A program made the translations under genes and the position numbers. Positions 8,292 through 18,392 of a DNA stretch of 27,196 bases are shown one piece after another. Position 1 is the first letter of the stretch. Each line of letters starts with the position of its first letter. Source of the stretch: an uncultured Verrucomicrobiales bacterium (GTDB lineage Bacteria > Verrucomicrobiota > Verrucomicrobiia > Verrucomicrobiales > DEV007); the NCBI GenBank assembly GCA_938091905.1, contig CALKOM010000185.1, forward strand, positions 1-27,196. Direction: 5' to 3'. Below the pieces are notes generated by a model. The model was not told where the DNA came from and made no database searches. It saw only the letters and a program-made list of their open reading frames with translations.

Positions 8292-10769
8292 ATGAAGCGA
8301 CGTTCCCTCTACATCTTACTTCTGCTCTCTGGAGTAGCGCTGGCCGAGGTCGGTGCCGATGCGCCTCTCGATTTTAACCGCGACGTTCGGCCCATCCTTT
8401 CGGACAAGTGCTTCTTCTGTCACGGCCCGGATTCGCATGAGCGCAAGGCAGACTTGCGGCTCGATACTGCGGAGGGCGCCTTGGAGGATTTGGGTGGGTA
8501 TGCAGCGATTGCGCCTGGGAAGCCGGAAGACAGTGAGTTCATGCTTCGCATCAGGGATGAGGAAGATCCCATGCCGCCAGAGAAGTCGCACAAAGAACTG
8601 AACCAGGAGGAAATCGCGATACTGGAGCGCTGGATCGCGGAAGGCGCGGAGTATTCCGAGCCTTGGGCTTACGTGCGACCGAAGAAGCGTGAGGTTCCGA
8701 AGGTGAAAGATACAGCATGGTCAGAGAACTGGATCGATCGGTTCGTTTTGGCTCGGTTAGAGTCGGAAGGGTTGCAACCTGCGCCGGATGCCGATCCCGT
8801 GACACTGATTAGACGCTTGCATTTCGATCTCACTGGTCTGCCTCCGACACCGGAGGAAAGAGATGCGTTTGTTAGCAGAGAGCGGAATCTGGATGAGATT
8901 GTTAATGCGTTGTTAGAATCGCCGCACTTTGGAGAGCGGCTTGCGATGTACTGGTTAGACTTGGTACGTTATGCGGATACGGTCGGTTATCACGGAGATC
9001 AGGATCACAACATTTCGCCGTATCGCGATTGGGTGATAGCCGCGTTGAATACCAACTTGCCATTCGATCAGTTCACGCGTGAACAACTGGCAGGCGACCT
9101 TTTACCGAATTCGACCACGGCTCAAAAAGTGGCTTCTGGTTACAATCGCCTCTTGCAGACAACTCATGAAGGCGGGCTTCAGCTGAAAGAGTACGATGCA
9201 ATCTATGCAGCGGACCGAGTGCGAAATGTTTCAGCGGTTTGGATGGGAGCGACGGTGGGCTGCGCGCAGTGTCACGATCACAAGTATGATCCCTACACGA
9301 TTAAGGATCACTACGCGATGGCCGCGTTCTTTGCAGATATCGCTGACCGCGATTTCACGGGAAACACGCTCCCAGCACAGCGTCCGCCGGAGATTCGCAT
9401 TTTCACTCCGGAACAAGAAGCCGAGTTGGCGCTTCTGGATCGTGAACTGAAAAAGAGACTGAAGCCTGACGCTCAGGCTCAGCTCAGCAAACTTGAAGGA
9501 CGGCGACAAAAGCTCGCTAGCGACATCAAGAAGGCGCAGGACAAGAAGAAGGCCGAACTGAAGTCAAAGCTAAGCGAGGCGGACCAAGAGATCGCAGAAA
9601 TCGCGCCGAAGCCGACCTTAAAAGCGTTTCGCAAATTGCGGAAGCAGCGAGCGGATCTGGAAAAGCTGGGTCGCCTAACAATGATCACCGTCGCGCAAGA
9701 GCCACGGAAGATGCGTGTGCTTCCACGCGGCAATTGGCAAGATGACAGCGGTGAAATCGTGCTGCCCGCAGTTCCTCGGTTTCTTGGCGAGCTGAAGCCG
9801 GGCAATGGAGAGCGCGCAACGCGCCTTGACCTTGCGAATTGGCTAACCGATGTCGAGAACGGTGCGGGTGGGCTTACAGCGCGGGTGTTTGCGAATCGGT
9901 TTTGGTATTTGTATTTTGGGACGGGCATTTCACGCTCGCTTTCGGATTTCGGTGGTCAGGGTGAGCCGCCAGCGAACTTGGAATTGCTTGATGAGCTTGC
10001 CGTTTCGTTCACTGATAGCGGTTGGGATTTGAAGGCACTGGTGCGATTGATCGTTACAAGTCGTGCCTATCGCCAATCCTCTACCGCGTCGCCTGAATTG
10101 TTCGAACGCGATCCGCACAACCAGCTCGTCGCGCGCCAATCACGCTTTCGCCTACCTGCGGAGCTGATCCGTGACAACGCACTCGCCATTTCTGGTCTTC
10201 TCGTCCGCGAATCCGGCGGAACGAGCGCCAAGCCCTATCAACCGACCGGCTATTACCGCCACCTGAATTTCCCCAAGCGCATATACAAGCCGCATGCGAA
10301 CGACAATCAATGGCGGCGCGGTCTCTATGTGCACTGGCAACGGATGTTCTTGCACCCGATGCTCAAAGCGATGGATGCACCAAGCCGCGAAGAATGCACC
10401 GCTGAGCGCCCACGCTCGAACACACCTAACGCAGCGCTTGTCTTGCTCAACGACCCGACGTTTCTCGAAGCTGCGCGCGTTTTCGCGGTGCGGATTCTGT
10501 TGGAGGGCGGAGATTCGCTCGATTCGCGGCTCGACTTTGCTTACCACTTGGTCCTGTCCCGACCACCGGATGCGGAGGAACGCTCGGTGCTAATATCGTT
10601 ACTGAAAACGACGCAGTCTGAATATGCCAAGAATTCGGCAGCGGCTGACGCCTTACTCAAGAACGGCCTCGCGCCGACCCCGCCTGAATTGGACAAGGTT
10701 GAACTCGCCAGTTGGGCTGCAGTAAGCCGTGCGCTGCTGAATTTAAACGAAACGGTGACCCGTAACTAA
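8292..10769 (+). CDS. Planctomycete cytochrome c (PSCyt1) + DUF1549 + DUF1553 (PSD1) protein
   Basis: Signal peptide; DFNRDVRPILSDKCFFCHGPD (CxxCH); LIRRLHFDLTGLPPT; WLDLVRYADT; CAQCHDHKYDP (second CxxCH); TARVFANRFW; RLPAELIRDNAL; LLNLNE. Start moved to ATG 8292. Confidence 0.92.
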   Translation: MKRRSLYILLLLSGVALAEVGADAPLDFNRDVRPILSDKCFFCHGPDSHERKADLRLDTAEGALEDLGGYAAIAPGKPEDSEFMLRIRDEEDPMPPEKSHKELNQEEIAILERWIAEGAEYSEPWAYVRPKKREVPKVKDTAWSENWIDRFVLARLESEGLQPAPDADPVTLIRRLHFDLTGLPPTPEERDAFVSRERNLDEIVNALLESPHFGERLAMYWLDLVRYADTVGYHGDQDHNISPYRDWVIAALNTNLPFDQFTREQLAGDLLPNSTTAQKVASGYNRLLQTTHEGGLQLKEYDAIYAADRVRNVSAVWMGATVGCAQCHDHKYDPYTIKDHYAMAAFFADIADRDFTGNTLPAQRPPEIRIFTPEQEAELALLDRELKKRLKPDAQAQLSKLEGRRQKLASDIKKAQDKKKAELKSKLSEADQEIAEIAPKPTLKAFRKLRKQRADLEKLGRLTMITVAQEPRKMRVLPRGNWQDDSGEIVLPAVPRFLGELKPGNGERATRLDLANWLTDVENGAGGLTARVFANRFWYLYFGTGISRSLSDFGGQGEPPANLELLDELAVSFTDSGWDLKALVRLIVTSRAYRQSSTASPELFERDPHNQLVARQSRFRLPAELIRDNALAISGLLVRESGGTSAKPYQPTGYYRHLNFPKRIYKPHANDNQWRRGLYVHWQRMFLHPMLKAMDAPSREECTAERPRSNTPNAALVLLNDPTFLEAARVFAVRILLEGGDSLDSRLDFAYHLVLSRPPDAEERSVLISLLKTTQSEYAKNSAAADALLKNGLAPTPPELDKVELASWAAVSRALLNLNETVTRN

Positions 10770-10775
10770 CACCTA

Positions 10776-12164
10776 ATGAATTCCCCAAATTTCACCCGTC
10801 GTACCTTCCTCGGCCAAGCTGGTCTCAGCCTTGGTTCCGCCGCGTTGACGAGCCTTGCTTCCGGCGCTTCGCCGACGGGCTTATCCCATTTAGCGGCCAA
10901 AGCAAAGCGGGTCATCTTTCTCTGCATGGCGGGCGGTCCATCTCACTTGGAGACGTTCGATTATAAGCCAAAGTTGGACGAGCTGAATGGGAAACCGATG
11001 CCGGAGTCCTTCACCAAAGGACAGCCCATTGCTCAACTTCAAGGTCAGGCGCTCAAGGTCCAAGGTCACCTCACCAAGTTTTCCCGTCACGGTAAGAGTG
11101 GACAACTGATCAGCGACTATCTCCCTCACACTGCCAAGATCGCTGATGATATTGCGATTGTGAGATCGATGGTGACGGAGCAGATCAACCACGACCCAGC
11201 TCACACCTTCATGAACACCGGCACTGCGATCAGTGGCCGACCATCGATGGGTTCGTGGGTCACTTACGGCCTGGGGTCAGAGACAGAGGAGCTGCCCGGC
11301 TTCGTCGTTCTCACCAGCGTGGGCGGGCGCAATCCACAGCCGATCGCCTCGCGCCAATGGTCAGCCGGAATGTTGCCGAGCCGGTTTCAGGGCGTCGAAT
11401 TCAATTCATCTGGCGACCCTGTCCACTACGTGAGCAATCCGAAAGGCGTGTCCACGAAGCAGCAAGCGGCGTTGGTCGATGCGATTCGCAAGCTTGATCA
11501 AAAACGCAATGCTCACGTGGCCAATCCGGAAATCGCCACCCGAATCGCGGCCTATGAAATGGCGTTTCGCATGCAGGCGTCCGTCCCGGAACTGATGGAT
11601 ATTTCCGACGAACCTCAGCACGTTCTCGATGCCTATGGCGCGCAGCCTGGCGACGGATCCTACGCCTCGAATTGTCTCCTAGCACGTCGCTTGGCGGAGC
11701 GTGGGACGCGATTTATCCACCTCTACCACCGAGGCTGGGATCACCACGGCGACTTGCAGAAATACATGAATATTTGCTGTGGCCTAACGGATAAACCAAC
11801 CGCTGCGCTTATCAATGATCTCAAAGCGCGCGGCATGTTGGAAGACACGCTCGTGATCTGGGGTGGAGAATTCGGCCGAACACCGATGTTCCAGGGCAAA
11901 GGGGGCGCGGGTCGCGATCACCACATCAAAGGCTTTTCTATGTGGATGGCCGGAGGCGGTGTACAAGGTGGAACCACCTACGGCGAGACGGATGAGTTGG
12001 GTTACCACGCGGTAAATAACGTGGTTCACGTGCGCGATCTTCACGCCACCATGCTGCACCTGTTAGGAATTGATTCGACCCGGTTCAGCTTCCCATTCCA
12101 GGGGCTAGATCTGCGACTGACGGGCGTTGAGCCCGCGAAAGTCATCAAGGGAGTTCTTGCCTGA
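10776..12164 (+). CDS. DUF1501 domain protein, Tat-exported
   Basis: TRRTFL leader; AKAKRVIFLCMAGGPSHLETFDYKP, GWDHH, WGGEFGRTP, GRDHH and VHVRDLHATMLHLLG. 6 bp downstream of the DUF1553 gene. Confidence 0.92.
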   Translation: MNSPNFTRRTFLGQAGLSLGSAALTSLASGASPTGLSHLAAKAKRVIFLCMAGGPSHLETFDYKPKLDELNGKPMPESFTKGQPIAQLQGQALKVQGHLTKFSRHGKSGQLISDYLPHTAKIADDIAIVRSMVTEQINHDPAHTFMNTGTAISGRPSMGSWVTYGLGSETEELPGFVVLTSVGGRNPQPIASRQWSAGMLPSRFQGVEFNSSGDPVHYVSNPKGVSTKQQAALVDAIRKLDQKRNAHVANPEIATRIAAYEMAFRMQASVPELMDISDEPQHVLDAYGAQPGDGSYASNCLLARRLAERGTRFIHLYHRGWDHHGDLQKYMNICCGLTDKPTAALINDLKARGMLEDTLVIWGGEFGRTPMFQGKGGAGRDHHIKGFSMWMAGGGVQGGTTYGETDELGYHAVNNVVHVRDLHATMLHLLGIDSTRFSFPFQGLDLRLTGVEPAKVIKGVLA

Positions 12165-12311
12165 CTCTCCTCCGCTTTCCGACAAGAACATTACCAATAA
12201 ACTATCGAAATAGCACAACGCATTTTAGCAGAAGAACACACCAAGCAGCTCATTCAAATATTAACAATCCTTGTTCGCTAATCGCTAAACAATTCAAAAG
12301 TAGTACGCTGA

Positions 12312-14816
12312 CTACTTCCCCGCTGCCGCGTTGATAGTAGCTGGTGAAAGTTTGGCCTCCTGCATCCACAAACTAACATGCCCATTGGGCGGCACTTGCT
12401 TGCCTCGGAAATCAGGGTGAGGGCCATGATAGTTGGTGACGTTCCTGAAGTGCGTGTAGCGGAGGAAGTTGATGATTGCGATGGTCACCTTACCGCCGTT
12501 GAATTCGGGTAAGATGTCGTCGTAGAGGTAGGCGCCGCGAATTCCGGTGTAGCGGTAGAAGCCGCCTTTGACTTCTGTAAGGGGCTTGCCGTTGACATAG
12601 ATGGCAAAGCCTTCACCAGAACGATCACAGCCTGCACCGCCGAGGATTAGGCGATAGGCATGCCCCTCTTTCACCGCTGGGATGTCAAAAGTCTGCCGCA
12701 AGAGCAAGACTTCCTTCTCCCAGAGCGTGGTTGGGATGTCGCTGCAACCACAGAGCTCGCCGTTGCAACGCGGACGGCGGCGGTCAAGCTTGTCGCCCAT
12801 CCGGCCAAAGGGCGCCTGGGCCGTCTTCCAGCCAGCGTTGGCGGGATCGAAGTCGGTCGCGAACCAGTGATCCATTCCCTCTGGAAACGTGATTTCGCGG
12901 TAGCGATCACTCTTCTTCCACTCCTGATTCTCCGGTGGATCGAAACTGAAATAGGACCAGTTGGCGGTGCGCATGTCCGGGCCGAAGGGTTTCCACCCAT
13001 AACCGGAAACCCCCGCCATGTCGTAGTAGCCTATCAGCGTGTCGAGATCGCTGCGGATGTCTGCTAGTGCCTTGGGTGGTTTTTCGCCGGTCACAATTGC
13101 CTTGAGATTGCTGCGGCTGTTGGGGACAAAAGCCGACTCCAGAAAGGCGGGAACCATCTCTTCCATGAGGATTGGTTTCAGCGCCTGACCCATCTCCCGG
13201 TAATATTTGGGAGCGTAGTGGGGACCACGCTTATTGAAATTGCCGGTGACGACATCTGAGAAGACCGTTTCGACATCCGGATGCTGTTTCGGCTGGGCCG
13301 CGACCGTCAGTGTCTTGGCCTTGCCCCCTTGCAGCTTCACCATAGCACGCCCGAGCGCATCACCTGTGAGCACGTACGTTTCTGCATTGTGGTTGTAATG
13401 GTAGCCTGTGTTGGTCGGTGATTCCCCGCGCGAACGCCAGAACGGACGCGTGTCCACACTCCCGACATTACCGGCAAATTCGGGATGCTGCTTCGGATCG
13501 CCAACGGCCATCTGTGCCTCCCAGGTCATGAAGTGCCCGGGTTCCATCTCCATTCCGCTGAAGCCAACTGTGGCCACCACCGCGGGCATCTTCGGGCTAT
13601 TGAACTCTTTCCGCACGTCCTGGATCAGATTGACGAGATGTTTCTCATACTCGGCTTTGGGAACATTCGTATCCTTGTGCCCTTGAAACCAGACGAAGCC
13701 GGCAATCTCGTAACCTTGGCCTTGGTAATTGGGAACGATGTGGTCGATGTTAGTGAGCGTCTTATGGACGCCCTTGACCATGGCGTCGTATTCAAAACCG
13801 CAGTATTCGTTGGCCTTTTCTTCCTCGGTCTTGCCACTGGAAGGTGGACGGAAGTCGAAATTCAACGACCGATTGCCCATGGAGGATTCGATCAACAGAA
13901 CAGGTTCCTCATGATAGGTGCCCATGACATAGCCAAAGGGCACTTCGGGACCGATGAACTTGCCATTCGAAGTCGCGGTGAGCGGGCCGCCGCTACCGCC
14001 TTCTTCGTTGGAGATCCGCGTCTCCCAATAGGTCACGTCGTTGCGCACCGTCCACTTGCCTTCCTTATCGGCAAACCAGGTGTACTTTCCTTCCTGATTG
14101 AGCGTGGTGAGATCACCGTGGCCCTTGAGATCGATGTGTTTGAGCCAGAGCGCAGCAGATCCGCCTTTCATGTAGGTGATGGTGATAGGATACCGTTTCC
14201 CCTGCGCAAGAGAAACAGGCGTGACTATCGCGTCTTTACCAGGATCCTTATGGTAAACCTCGTGACCCTCTAGCGAAACGACAGCGTAAGTGCTGTCTTT
14301 GAAACCGGCGTGAATCTCGTGCGTTCCACTCATCGGAACATCGATGAAGGCCCTTGCCACCACCGTGTGAGGACCGTCGATGGCTGGCAGCTGAGCGTCC
14401 ACCGTGCCGAGGGCAATGTTCGTTTCCTTGACTGGCTTCATCGTGCGGTAGTCCGTCCCCGCTTTGTAGGCTCCTGAGTAAATCGCGACCGTGGCTCCCT
14501 TCGGCGCATCCTCGCTGGCCGTTTGATAGACACCATGCTTCAGGAGCGCGGAAGGCCCGACCGGCATGCGGCCTATCTTGATGTTAGGATCCGCAGAGAG
14601 GTAGATACTCGGATAGACAGGTCGAGATCCCTGGAGGTAACCGAAGCCCACCATGTTAGATTGCCCAGCGAGGATGTAGACTTTGACCTTACCATTGGAC
14701 GGCGGGGTGGTGTCAGGTTGTGGCAAGGTCGCAGGCACCTCAGCGGTCATAGCCGGGATGCAAACCAGTAGGAAGCAGAGTAGGCCGCTCGCAAGGATAG
14801 GGAATCGTTTGATCAT
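12312..14816 (-). CDS. Sialate O-acetylesterase-like (SASA/SGNH) protein with inserted PA14-like domain and C-terminal beta-sandwich
   Basis: Signal peptide; VKVYILAGQSNM (catalytic Ser), IGPEVPFG, GNRSL.FDFRPPSSG, FVWFQG.KD and GYHYNHNAETY; C-terminal GWKTAQAPFG...LLRQTF...AIYVNGK. Confidence 0.82.
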   Translation of the reverse strand: MIKRFPILASGLLCFLLVCIPAMTAEVPATLPQPDTTPPSNGKVKVYILAGQSNMVGFGYLQGSRPVYPSIYLSADPNIKIGRMPVGPSALLKHGVYQTASEDAPKGATVAIYSGAYKAGTDYRTMKPVKETNIALGTVDAQLPAIDGPHTVVARAFIDVPMSGTHEIHAGFKDSTYAVVSLEGHEVYHKDPGKDAIVTPVSLAQGKRYPITITYMKGGSAALWLKHIDLKGHGDLTTLNQEGKYTWFADKEGKWTVRNDVTYWETRISNEEGGSGGPLTATSNGKFIGPEVPFGYVMGTYHEEPVLLIESSMGNRSLNFDFRPPSSGKTEEEKANEYCGFEYDAMVKGVHKTLTNIDHIVPNYQGQGYEIAGFVWFQGHKDTNVPKAEYEKHLVNLIQDVRKEFNSPKMPAVVATVGFSGMEMEPGHFMTWEAQMAVGDPKQHPEFAGNVGSVDTRPFWRSRGESPTNTGYHYNHNAETYVLTGDALGRAMVKLQGGKAKTLTVAAQPKQHPDVETVFSDVVTGNFNKRGPHYAPKYYREMGQALKPILMEEMVPAFLESAFVPNSRSNLKAIVTGEKPPKALADIRSDLDTLIGYYDMAGVSGYGWKPFGPDMRTANWSYFSFDPPENQEWKKSDRYREITFPEGMDHWFATDFDPANAGWKTAQAPFGRMGDKLDRRRPRCNGELCGCSDIPTTLWEKEVLLLRQTFDIPAVKEGHAYRLILGGAGCDRSGEGFAIYVNGKPLTEVKGGFYRYTGIRGAYLYDDILPEFNGGKVTIAIINFLRYTHFRNVTNYHGPHPDFRGKQVPPNGHVSLWMQEAKLSPATINAAAGK

Positions 14817-15214
14817 CGTTGTCTTTTATCAGAGACTTTTGCTCATTGGCATTGAGAAACCAGCCCATAGTTCTCACGCTTTGTAAATCGATGGGTGCAA
14901 CAATAGTATGGAATGGTCGCGGGTTGGGTGAGCAAGTGAGACTTGCTGATCAATGAATTCCCTGGACTGTTGCGGCCTTTCCATAGAACGAGTCGGAGAC
15001 AGTGGCCGTAGGTAAGATCACGGTAGCAGTGAAATAGGCTTCTTTTTTAGACAGCCTTTTCTCAGTTTTATTGTAAGGGATCTGCTACGCGCGTGGGCCG
15101 AGTAGTTTTGATTTGCTGATCCCTTCAGACTTGACCGCTTCGATCCATTCCTGGCTTCCTTGATCCCTGTTGAAGGCTTCAGGCCGCCGTCCACTGGAAT
15201 GGGTAAACCTTGTT

Positions 15215-16447
15215 TTAGCCAAACAGTTCCTTGCGCGCCTTGCCCTTATTGGCCAATTTGAAGGGACGACCACTGGCTGAGTTCTCCTCAAATTCGGGAT
15301 CGATGCCAAGACGCCAGGCGATGGTGGCGTTGAAATCCGTGACATCCAGAACATCCTGATCCGCATGCTTCCCGTCTTTGCTGGTCGATCCGTAGATTTG
15401 ACCGGCCTTCACCCCGGCGCCGGCCATCAAGCACGTGAAGCCATCAGGGTGGTGATCCCGACCTCTGTTCGGATTCACCTCGGGCTTCCTGCCGAACTCA
15501 GTCGACACCACCATTAACGTTGATTCCAACAAGCCTTTCTGACTGAGGTGCGTGAGCAAAGAGGACAAACCGCTATCAAGCTTGTTGGCATTGGCGGGCA
15601 TCTTTTCATAGATGCCATCGTGGTAGTCCCAGCCACCGAGGTTCACTTTGACGAAACGCACGCCGCGCTCTACCAAGCGTCCCGCGAGTAGGCAGCTTCG
15701 ACTAAAGTCACTCTTATCGTATAAATTGACGATGTTAGGATTCTCGGTATTGAGCTCGAAGGCATCGATGTCGTTCGAGTTCATAAACTTCAGCGAACCC
15801 GCGTAGGTATCGACGTAAGATCGCGTGTCCTTGGAGCCAAAGTCCTTTGCGAAATCCTTGTTTAAGGAATCAAGGATATTGAGGCGGTTCTTGAACGCCT
15901 TTTCTCCGACGGATTCGCTTCGCTTTACGAAATCGATTCCTTTGTCAGGATTTTTGACGGGCAGAGCTGCCCATTGCCCAGGGAAGAAGCCGGCGCTGCC
16001 AGCGCGCCCGCTACCGATGCTCACGAAATTCGGAAGGCTGTCCCGTTCAGTTGTTAGACACTTATTCACCCAGGCGCCCAATTCCGGATGCGTGACTGTG
16101 GAACGCGGATTGTAGCTGGTCAGCATCTTGTAGATGCCTGCAGGGTGAGCGCCTTGATTGGTCTTCATGGCGTTCAACACCAGAAGCTGGTCCATCTGCT
16201 TGGCTAGCTTTGGGTAATAGTTGCTGACCCGAACACCATCGACATTGCTCTTTATGATGGTCGACTTCCCCAGGACAGGTTTATCGACTTCCACATTGAA
16301 ACTGTCGTACTGGCTCAATCCTCCATTCAGAAAGATATTGATGACAGACTTCGCTTTGGTCGTCTGCGCCGCGGCACCTGTGGCATTCAAAAACGGCAAT
16401 GACATTCCGGCCATGCCCGCTCGGTAGATAAAATCCTTTCGATTCAT
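15215..16447 (-). CDS. DUF1501 domain protein (second copy)
   Basis: NRKDFI leader; KAKSVINIFLNGGLSQYDSF, GWDYH, STEFGRKP, GRDHH and GRPFKL. Confidence 0.9.
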   Translation of the reverse strand: MNRKDFIYRAGMAGMSLPFLNATGAAAQTTKAKSVINIFLNGGLSQYDSFNVEVDKPVLGKSTIIKSNVDGVRVSNYYPKLAKQMDQLLVLNAMKTNQGAHPAGIYKMLTSYNPRSTVTHPELGAWVNKCLTTERDSLPNFVSIGSGRAGSAGFFPGQWAALPVKNPDKGIDFVKRSESVGEKAFKNRLNILDSLNKDFAKDFGSKDTRSYVDTYAGSLKFMNSNDIDAFELNTENPNIVNLYDKSDFSRSCLLAGRLVERGVRFVKVNLGGWDYHDGIYEKMPANANKLDSGLSSLLTHLSQKGLLESTLMVVSTEFGRKPEVNPNRGRDHHPDGFTCLMAGAGVKAGQIYGSTSKDGKHADQDVLDVTDFNATIAWRLGIDPEFEENSASGRPFKLANKGKARKELFG

Positions 16448-16451
16448 TTCC

Positions 16452-18332
16452 TTATTTCACAAATTTGAATTCGTTGGAGTTGAGCAATGCCCACATGAGA
16501 TCCTCCGGAGTATTCTCGAACAACGGTTCCTCGGAGTCTTTGAGCAGGCGTCCCAAGATCGCTTTCCAGATGAGCTCCATCTTCTCCCGGTGATTCGTGG
16601 CACTGCTGAGTTTGTGATAGATCAAGGCATCGTCTGGAATACCAAGACCGTTCATTAGAAACAGAATCTGCGGAATGTCCGGCTCCTGATTCGCTTCATC
16701 GATCAATTCACGATTGGATTTCCCCAGGAGCATGGCCATCCAATGCCTCTTGTAGTTCCGCCCAAACGTTGAAACCCGCCATAACTCTTTTGGCCCCATA
16801 TCACCATTTCGCTTCATGGCTTCTCGTTCTTCCCGGTTCTGAAAGCGCCCCCGGCCCGGTCCTTTGATGGAGTAATCGACGAAATCCTTTACCGTGAAAT
16901 CCCGTGATTTGTCATAGAAGTGCGTGAACCCGTCCCAGCGGAATTCAGTCGCTACGTATTTGTCCGGCGTCTCCGTTTTTAAACTCAGGAACGAATCGAC
17001 TATCACTTCCGCCTCAAGACGTCTGACAGCGGGTCCGTCCAGGACATACGGCGGAGGCGTGTCGCTTAGTGCTAGGGCCTTGCTCTGATAGGTCCGGCTA
17101 TTGAAGACGGCGCTCAGGAATACTTTCGTATCGTATTTCGAAGCCTTCATGATCGAGATCAGCTTCTTCGTGAGTGCGGGATGGTTCCCCATCGCTTCCA
17201 GTGTCAATCCACCCAGTTGACCGATCAATTCGGTTCCCATGATCTTACGCCAAAGGCGATTCACCGTGGCTTTCGTGAACATGGGATTCTCCGCAGAAGT
17301 CATCCAGTTAGCCATGGAGCGGCGCGCGTTGATTCCCGGTCCGAATTGATTCTTCGGAAGAGACTCCAACTTCTCCTTGGTCATTTGATAGTTCATCGTG
17401 GGCATCTTGCCAAAGAGGACGTCCGCTGTCATGACGTCATGTGGCTTGCCATCCTTGTATTGGTAGTCGTGCGGCAGGCGCATGTAGCCGGTGCCGTTGC
17501 CATAGATGGAGGCATGTTTCACCCGAATGGATTCTCTGTAGACAATCCACTCATCGAAATCCTTCTGCTTCAAGATTCGACGATCTTTGGCATACGTCGC
17601 TTTCTCTTTCTTGGGCAATGGGTCGACACGCAGGTGAGTCTTGGAAGTGAACGCCGCCAGCTTATAAAAATCTTGCTGTGTCCAATCCTCATACGGGTGG
17701 TCGTGACATTGGGCGCATTCAATGCTCATGCCCATGAAGGTTTTCACTGAATTGGCCAAATGATCCAAGGGCATGGGTTCGCGAGCGTAGAATCCAGTGG
17801 CCCCATTGCCCGGCTTGTAGAGTTCGCCGCTTGCGTTGATCAATTCATGCGCCATCTCGTTGTAGGGCTTGTTGCGTCTAACGGCGTCTTTGATCCATTC
17901 CGAGTAATTTCCCGAGTGATGCAACTTGTCTCCGACATCTTTTACTCGCAGGAGATCCGCCCAGTAATTGTACCAGTGACTATTGTAGCCGTTTGAGTTG
18001 AGAAGTTTGTCGATGAGCTGCGCACGTTTGTCAGGCTGATCATCGGTAATGAAACGATCCAGCTCATCAATCGTTGGGATACGGCCGATGGCATCCACGT
18101 AGATCCGGCGGCAGAAGGTGTAATCGTCAATCTCCGGCCGTTGCTCCTGATTGAGCCGCTTCAATTCGTCCGCCACCAGCTGATCGATCTCTTGCGTAAA
18201 AGTCGAAACATCCACCGGCATCGATGCGGTCTTCCTTCCAACATCCACCGCAGGCGGCTCCGCGGCCGGCGTCCGCGACGCTGAGACGCACAGACCGACT
18301 ACCATCCATGTCATCAAGAATCTCATATTCAT
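16452..18332 (-). CDS. DUF1549/DUF1553 protein without the N-terminal PSCyt1 domain
   Basis: Signal peptide; DDYTFCRRIYVDAIGRIPT, YWADLLR, CAQCHDHPY (CxxCH), VNRLW, RRLEAE and WALLNSNEF. Directly upstream of the DUF1501 gene. Confidence 0.9.
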   Translation of the reverse strand: MNMRFLMTWMVVGLCVSASRTPAAEPPAVDVGRKTASMPVDVSTFTQEIDQLVADELKRLNQEQRPEIDDYTFCRRIYVDAIGRIPTIDELDRFITDDQPDKRAQLIDKLLNSNGYNSHWYNYWADLLRVKDVGDKLHHSGNYSEWIKDAVRRNKPYNEMAHELINASGELYKPGNGATGFYAREPMPLDHLANSVKTFMGMSIECAQCHDHPYEDWTQQDFYKLAAFTSKTHLRVDPLPKKEKATYAKDRRILKQKDFDEWIVYRESIRVKHASIYGNGTGYMRLPHDYQYKDGKPHDVMTADVLFGKMPTMNYQMTKEKLESLPKNQFGPGINARRSMANWMTSAENPMFTKATVNRLWRKIMGTELIGQLGGLTLEAMGNHPALTKKLISIMKASKYDTKVFLSAVFNSRTYQSKALALSDTPPPYVLDGPAVRRLEAEVIVDSFLSLKTETPDKYVATEFRWDGFTHFYDKSRDFTVKDFVDYSIKGPGRGRFQNREEREAMKRNGDMGPKELWRVSTFGRNYKRHWMAMLLGKSNRELIDEANQEPDIPQILFLMNGLGIPDDALIYHKLSSATNHREKMELIWKAILGRLLKDSEEPLFENTPEDLMWALLNSNEFKFVK

Positions 18333-18370
18333 GAAACACTGCTGCTCGTTGTGTGATTCAACTTTTTCAT

Positions 18371-18392
18371 CGCCGGCTGAAGCCAGTGCTAC
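18371..18392 (-). repeat. Single GTAG-family REP
   Basis: Minus strand reads GTAGCACTGGCTTCAGCCGGCG (20/22 to the REPIN arm). It begins on the last base of the sulfatase pseudogene's stop codon. Confidence 0.8.

Noticed and set aside
12165..12311. AT-rich spacer between convergent genes as an ncRNA or gene remnant
   Set aside because: No convincing structure or coding homology is visible.
13485..14273. 262-aa plus-strand ORF and other short overlapping ORFs
   Set aside because: They are antisense shadows of well-supported genes and carry no recognisable motifs.
14931..14947. AGCAAGT-GAG-ACTTGCT palindrome as an operator upstream of the esterase
   Set aside because: Single occurrence with no identifiable cognate regulator; it could be chance.
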